The notes under the pieces were generated by a model. It made no database searches, was not told the origin of the DNA, and was given only the letters and a program-made list of their open reading frames with translations. The translations under genes were made by a program, and so were the position numbers. Below, in pieces: positions 59,311 through 64,000 of a DNA stretch of 64,000 bases. Origin of the DNA: Candidatus Bathyarchaeia archaeon (GTDB lineage Archaea > Thermoproteota > Bathyarchaeia > Bathyarchaeales > Bathycorpusculaceae); assembly GCA_049515895.1 (NCBI GenBank), contig JBEKTQ010000021.1:60740-124739 (forward strand), in the 5' to 3' direction. The first letter of the stretch is position 1; each line of letters opens with the position of its first letter.

Positions 59311-60078
59311 TTGGATGCTGGAGTGAAAAAAGCAATCTTGTTATTTTTGATTGTATTTTTTGCTTGGCAAGCTATTTATTCAGTTGCTTTGGTTTTTCCA
59401 GCTTTGTATGATTATTGGCTGATTTCGTATCTTATTGTTTTAGCGGTAATAGTTGGTTTCTTTGCTTTGGATAAACAGAGAATTAGTGATTTAGGGTTAA
59501 AGAAGAACAATTTTTGGAAATTAAGCATTATCCTCGGTGTCATGTTTGCGGTAATCTATAATGTTTACTGGGTACTGGTTGGAACTCCAATTTTATCTGC
59601 AGTTCCAGTGCGAATTGTCTCACATGGTATCTTCAGTATTCCTTACAACATATCATTCGCGGTTACGGTTGGTGTTGTTGAAGAAACAACTTTCAGAGGG
59701 TACATTCTGAGAAACTTTAGCAATTCGTACTCCAAGACAAAAGCAATTGCTTATTCTTCGGTTCTTTTTGGGCTCTATCATCTTTCTTTGGTATCAGCTT
59801 TGACTTCGACAACATCAGCTTTAGACACATTTAGCTATTGGATTCTCTTTGTGCTTGCTGCTGTCCTCATAGGAGTATTTCTTGGTTACTTCTACTTGCA
59901 TACTGCAAAATCGACAATTGGACCAATAACGTATCATTCATTATCGATTTACATTGAAAGCCTAATACCCTTTACAATCGCTACCTCAGCCATAATCGGG
60001 CATCTATTTACCACAACAATCTATATTTTGTTTATTCCACTGTTGTTTTTAATCTTTAAGAAACGCTCGGTTAGCTAA
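59311..60078 (+). CDS. CPBP (CAAX/Abi) intramembrane glutamic protease
   Basis: EETTFRGY, FGLYH, YH; multi-TM; visibly AT-rich. Confidence 0.88.
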   Translation: MDAGVKKAILLFLIVFFAWQAIYSVALVFPALYDYWLISYLIVLAVIVGFFALDKQRISDLGLKKNNFWKLSIILGVMFAVIYNVYWVLVGTPILSAVPVRIVSHGIFSIPYNISFAVTVGVVEETTFRGYILRNFSNSYSKTKAIAYSSVLFGLYHLSLVSALTSTTSALDTFSYWILFVLAAVLIGVFLGYFYLHTAKSTIGPITYHSLSIYIESLIPFTIATSAIIGHLFTTTIYILFIPLLFLIFKKRSVS

Positions 60079-60547
60079 CTGAGATTGTCACCCCTTGGTG
60101 AGGAAACTAAAGATTTTCTGGTCCGAACGCTGGTTCATCAGCTACTGAAGCAAAAATTTGCTCGGGAACTCCTCTTGCTTTTCGTTTCCGCCTCTATGTC
60201 TCTTAGGCGCACGTAGTGAATCATGAGCCTAATCATGTATGTAATATTCGTGTTAATGGCAGTAAAAACCTGTTCAAAAGCAATTTTAGCGCAATGCTTA
60301 GGCATAGGAAAAGTCCATGCTTTTCAGAAGTCGCTTTTCTGGGTTGGTTAGTCCTGATTACCAGCAGTCAGTTTTGCCATGTGTTGATGAACAAGAATTC
60401 TTGAAGCGAGCACTTTGTTATGAAAGAAAACTAAAACCTATTCAATTTGCCCAAAAAAACTGTTTAGAACATAGTGTCTTTTAGGAAAATGTGCACTCTC
60501 CCAGAAAAGAATTAATAGGATGAACGCTTGTCAACAGGACAAAACTG

Positions 60548-60922
60548 TTACGTGATTATTCGTATCTTCCTTTTTGTAATAATAACAAGTTTGTTTTGTA
60601 TTTCTTTCAGATTTATTTTGTTTTGAGCTAAATTCAATGTTTCAATAATGTTAGTTGGGGTTGGAGGGTTTGCTTTTATGATTATGACCGTGAGTGACGT
60701 GCCTTTTTGAAAGATCCGGTAGAGTTGGGCAAACCCTTTGTCTAACGTGATGATTGCCATTTTGTTTCTTACGGCGTATTCCGCTATGACGTTGTCTTTG
60801 GCGCTTTTAAGAAGCAATTTCGAGACGTTTACTGTTTCAAAACCTTTCCCAGATAACCATTCCTCGACATCCTTTGGGATATTTTCGTCCGACTATCATC
60901 TTAGCCAAAGGATGCGCAGCAC
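60548..60922 (-). pseudogene. DUF5615 (Mut7-C-like) PIN toxin disrupted by a 15-nt in-frame insertion containing TGA-TAG
   Basis: GTG-LRIL-[WLR**]-SDENIPKDV...AKDNVIAEYA...ITLDKGF; starts 3 nt after the DUF433 stop. Confidence 0.82.
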
Positions 60923-60925
60923 TTT

Positions 60926-61153
60926 TTAGATCACTATTGTTTCTTCATTTTCTAAGCATTTCGAAGCATAAGTGAGAGCAGCTTTGATATCTTCTTTTTT
61001 CAGAATTGGATATTGACTTAGTATTTCTTTTTCGGTCATGCCATGAGCTAGAAGTTCAATGATGAGATAAACTGGAATACGGGTTCCTTTAATGACGGGT
61101 TTTCCAGATAGAACTTCTGGGTCTATCATTATCCTATCCATGGGCTCTTCCAT
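60926..61153 (-). CDS. DUF433 antitoxin
   Basis: DPEVLSGKPVIKGTRIPV, YP.L..EDIKAAL.YA. Confidence 0.93.
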   Translation of the reverse strand: MEEPMDRIMIDPEVLSGKPVIKGTRIPVYLIIELLAHGMTEKEILSQYPILKKEDIKAALTYASKCLENEETIVI

Positions 61154-61343
61154 TTGGACTCACTACTGAAATCACATTAACTAATATCAATACAAATTAT
61201 TAATTAGGTATATTACAATTGCCCCAAGTCAACTATCCAAAAACAGTTCAGGGAATCGCCGGTTATTGTCTTGTCCGTCAACGCTAAGGTTTACTTTTGA
61301 TACCACGCGCTGAACCCCTCTATGCATAATAGCAGCTTTACTA

Positions 61344-61388
61344 GACTTCACAAGCTTTGTTAAGTTGACTTAGCAAGACCTTTGTTAA
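61344..61388 (+). repeat. Tandem GACTT..CAAG..CTTTGTTAA boxes related to the 35.85-kb repeat
   Basis: GACTTCACAAGCTTTGTTAA (61344) and GACTTAGCAAGACCTTTGTTAA (61367); the first matches 35859-35873 at 14/15. Confidence 0.45.
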
Positions 61389-61467
61389 AATTGACAATTA
61401 ACGTTAATGGCTTTTGCAAAAACCTATATATTATGTCGTGCGATAAGAGAAATTCAGAGAGAGAAAA

Positions 61468-61737
61468 ATGAAAATACACAACTTAAGTGCGCGTGCTTGG
61501 AGGAAGAAAGAAAAAATGCAAACTGAAGAATTAGTGTGTCTAGCGGAGAAGGTAAGAAACTCTATGCCGAATGTGGAAGCGTTTCCAATAGCTACAATCT
61601 ATACCGCAATCAAAGAACAAGAGAAAACGAAATTGAATTTGCCAGACTTTAAAGAATTAATTTATCACCTGACTGGCTGGGACATACCACACCAAGTTAT
61701 ACGCAGACAACTGGAAATAAACCAGATAGCATGGTGA
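61468..61737 (+). CDS. Small helical hypothetical protein (start possibly ATG 61516)
   Basis: TATA (CCTATATA) upstream; GGAGG before ATG 61516. Confidence 0.55.
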   Translation: MKIHNLSARAWRKKEKMQTEELVCLAEKVRNSMPNVEAFPIATIYTAIKEQEKTKLNLPDFKELIYHLTGWDIPHQVIRRQLEINQIAW

Positions 61738-61742
61738 AGCGC

Positions 61743-61795
61743 TTAATCTTTCTCTCTCTTACCCCCACCTACGCTCACTTACGCTCGCGTGCGCC
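61743..61795 (-). repeat. Inverted partial copy of the 1.1-kb element
   Basis: Reverse complement begins GCGCACGCG and ends AGAGAGAGAAAGATTAA, as at 1078-1155. Confidence 0.5.
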
Positions 61796-61828
61796 GAGAC
61801 CTACGTTCAGATAGGAAAGAGGACCCAT

Positions 61829-62113
61829 ATGCCAAGACTACTATCATTCGTGGACATATTTGTAGAATCATCAGAAATGGACAGCGTTCTATCCTCGCTT
61901 GACCAATTGGAACATCTTGAAGAACTATACGAAGTCACAGGCGAATTTGACATCGTAACCCTGGTGTCAGCCGCAGACATAGAAGAATTCCGTGATATTC
62001 TAAAAAACAAAATCATGAAAATAAAAGGCGTAAAAAGCACCGCAAGCTCCATTGTACTTAAAGTTCACAAAGGACCAAAATGCCTGGAGGATAACGGTCA
62101 AACGCCACCATAA
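61829..62113 (+). CDS. Stand-alone Lrp/AsnC ligand-binding (RAM) domain protein
   Basis: YEVTGEFDIV, IKGVKST; no HTH. Confidence 0.85.
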   Translation: MPRLLSFVDIFVESSEMDSVLSSLDQLEHLEELYEVTGEFDIVTLVSAADIEEFRDILKNKIMKIKGVKSTASSIVLKVHKGPKCLEDNGQTPP

Positions 62114-62188
62114 TCCAGCGTAAGAACGTGGAATTTTGCTCAAATCGCCATCTTGCTAGCTCATTAGATTTAGCGCGGCGCGCTCTCT

Positions 62189-62209
62189 TAATAGCCCTAA
62201 TCGTTTAAT
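62189..62209 (+). repeat. 21-bp direct repeat, copy 1 (TAATAGCCCTAATCGTTTAAT)
   Basis: 20/21 identical to 63743-63763. Confidence 0.7.
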
Positions 62210-62265
62210 AGCGTGCCTTTGTACTTGCACCGAATAAGGTTTTACAGTAAAAATGATAAGAAATA

Positions 62266-62988
62266 TTATGGGGAATGAATACGCAAGTCAATAACGGTTG
62301 TACCAGCGAACTTGTCAAAGTACCTCATGAATATGGCATTTTTCAGTCGCCATCCCACAATTAAGTCAAAGGGCAACAGAGGCAAAATTTTCCCAAAGTT
62401 CCTTATTGCAGCATAGTCATAAAACATCTCCTTTCTGTCAGTTCTAACTACCATCAAACCCACAATACGCTTTCCTATAGTTTGACCGCTAAATCCCTCA
62501 AGCAAGGTAGAATAAACCCAAAGAAGACCCACAGTAATGAAAAGCCCTGTGCTCGTTCCTACCGTTAAAAAAGTTGCGGGCGCTGACACAGAAAAGACCT
62601 GTGGAAGAAGAATAATAGCCGTGATTGCTGATATCAACGCAAAATCAATTACAAAAGCTAACCACCTCTGTTTAAAAGAAGCAAGCGGAAGTTGGCTTGC
62701 TTTCCTTTGTAAATCTGCTACTTCTGCCCAACTTTCCACGTCATTGATAACTCTTACTGCGCTTTCACCAGCCCTGCTTAATTTGTATTTGCCCGTTGGG
62801 GTTTGCTCAATGAAAATCTCTAACGAGCGAAGGTGAAAACTTAATTTCCCAGTATCAACCTTTAGCAAGTTCCGCAATTCAGTGAACGATGCCTCGCCTT
62901 TTTCGCTTAGGTTCAGCAATATTTCCCTCCGCAAAGGATGCGAAAGTATCGAAAGTATCTTCGAAATGTCTTCTTGACCTACTGCCAT
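62266..62988 (-). CDS. ArsR-type HTH fused to an RDD membrane domain
   Basis: LSHPLRREIL, TGKLSFHL; R..AFVID, GQTIGKRIVGL, DKFAGT. Confidence 0.88.
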   Translation of the reverse strand: MAVGQEDISKILSILSHPLRREILLNLSEKGEASFTELRNLLKVDTGKLSFHLRSLEIFIEQTPTGKYKLSRAGESAVRVINDVESWAEVADLQRKASQLPLASFKQRWLAFVIDFALISAITAIILLPQVFSVSAPATFLTVGTSTGLFITVGLLWVYSTLLEGFSGQTIGKRIVGLMVVRTDRKEMFYDYAAIRNFGKILPLLPFDLIVGWRLKNAIFMRYFDKFAGTTVIDLRIHSP

Positions 62989-63094
62989 GTTTCAAAACAG
63001 CGCGCGCGATGTAATAAGGCTATTTAGCTAACGAAAAGAGCTATAGGTTTCATCTTACTAAGTTTTTAAGTCAGGTCAAAAGGATACACAGTTA

Positions 63095-63313
63095 GTGAAA
63101 AATGTGGATTCCAAATTTGGTTTAGTGGGTGCAATTCTTTTCGCACTTGGAGGAGCTTACTTAGTTTATTACTTTACCCAAACAGGGGGACAATATAATA
63201 TTACGCGCGTGCTTCCCATCTTTGGCGTTGGCGTTGTTGCTTTTATTTGTCTTATGTTTATCGGCATTGGTCTTTGGCTAATCGTCCAAAGTGGAAAACC
63301 TGATACAAGATAG
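63095..63313 (+). CDS. Small two-TM membrane protein
   Basis: Two hydrophobic helices; TTTTTAAG upstream, T-rich tract downstream. Confidence 0.6.
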   Translation: MKNVDSKFGLVGAILFALGGAYLVYYFTQTGGQYNITRVLPIFGVGVVAFICLMFIGIGLWLIVQSGKPDTR

Positions 63314-63432
63314 AACCCTCAGAATGTCCAAGTTTCTTTTTTCTTTCTCTTCCAAGGTGCTTTTCCCAGACAATTGGATGCTTAACCCTTCTTTTTACTC
63401 GTTCAGCTTGAGAAACTTTAGCACACAAACAA

Positions 63433-63494
63433 GATTAAAATCTAATTGGGTTGGGTTTTGGGATCAAAATTTAATCCACACACACACTTTTACG
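63433..63494 (+). repeat. Two GAT(T/C)AA-N3-(T/C)TAAT(C/T) sites plus CA run; copy of the 1.15-kb element
   Basis: 63433-63447 is identical to 2432-2446; 63462-63494 aligns with 1150-1182. Confidence 0.65.
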
Positions 63495-63576
63495 ACCTAA
63501 CCTAAAGTTTAGGGTGTTATGTAGATGGTATGGTAGGTAAGGTATAGTTAGATAATAGTGCGAGGAGCAAGAATTG

Positions 63577-63654
63577 ATAGAAAACTTACCCCCTGCTAAA
63601 TTAACTAAAATAATGCCGTTAGGGGTAAAAAACAATAGAAAAATTACCCCCTGC
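63577..63654 (+). repeat. Iteron-like 20-bp direct repeats ATAGAAAA(C/A)TTACCCCCTGC, with an inverted partial core between them
   Basis: 63577-63596 and 63635-63654 (19/20); AGGGGTAA at 63621-63628. Confidence 0.75.
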
Positions 63655-63742
63655 AAGCTAACAAAAAGACCTTAACATAGCAGAGTTAGAAGCTTGGCTA
63701 ATAATCTTTGTTTGAGTACTCTTAACCCTTGAATGTACTCCG

Positions 63743-63763
63743 TAATAGCCCTAACCGTTTAAT
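63743..63763 (+). repeat. 21-bp direct repeat, copy 2 (TAATAGCCCTAACCGTTTAAT)
   Basis: 20/21 identical to 62189-62209. Confidence 0.7.
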
Positions 63764-63790
63764 GTGCTCTGGAAACTTTAGCTATAGAGA

Positions 63791-63997
63791 TTAACCCTCT
63801 ACTTGATTGTGACAATCTGGATTTGAACAGCAATAATAAATTTCGTAATGGCTAAACTCTTTTGGTTTAGGAACGTACGAACCTTCATCTTTAAAGCGTG
63901 GTCTTAAGAAAGCCAACAGATAACCATCTCTTTTCTTACTCTTGCAAATTGGACATGGAGATGGATTAGACATTTCTATCTTGATTTCTTTATCCAT
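63791..63997 (-). CDS. Small Cys-rich putative zinc-binding protein (may extend beyond the window)
   Basis: CPICK...CCSNPDCH. Confidence 0.6.
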   Translation of the reverse strand: MDKEIKIEMSNPSPCPICKSKKRDGYLLAFLRPRFKDEGSYVPKPKEFSHYEIYYCCSNPDCHNQVEG

Positions 63998-64000
63998 GTT

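Noticed and set aside
60885-60915. Canonical bulge-helix-bulge intron
   Set aside because: The registers I tried have mismatched helices and would excise 14 or 23 nt, not restoring the frame
1-64000. tRNA, rRNA, transposase or integrase genes
   Set aside because: None recognised by eye; tRNAscan-SE, Infernal and HMM searches are needed to exclude them

Overview
Archaeal chromosomal window. The gene set (CdvA/B/C, Dph5, RibL, RibK, archaeal AsnA, Mre11/Rad50, geranylgeranyl reductase, LipS2) points to a TACK archaeon, most likely Bathyarchaeia; this is an inference, not a database result. Main content: (i) a four-gene ESCRT-III/Cdv division operon (cdvB'-cdvA-cdvB-cdvC). cdvB' has an apparent ~95-nt frameshifting deletion, cdvB seems to start at CTG, and a perfect 20-bp palindrome lies upstream. 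(ii) Housekeeping genes. (iii) A dispersed cobamide salvage set: cobD-cbiB; cbiZ fused to a degenerate CobZ-like domain next to a HemN-like radical SAM gene; and btuFCD-DUF2284-domain-permuted CobQ/CbiA-like amidotransferase behind a perfect 21-bp palindrome. (iv) Three toxin-like genes (VapC, Fic-like, DUF5615 PIN), each broken by one clean lesion; the antitoxins of the two PIN toxins are intact. (v) AT-richer accessory patches (about 0.1-2.45 kb, 35.8-39.3 kb, 59.2-64 kb) sharing short non-coding repeats: a GATTAA-N3-TTAATC palindrome with CA/GA runs, a 21-bp direct repeat, iteron-like 20-mers and GACTT..CAAG boxes. These could be recombination or replication sites of an undescribed mobile or cassette system. 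I recognised no rRNA, tRNA, CRISPR array, integrase or transposase. All family calls come from motifs read by eye.
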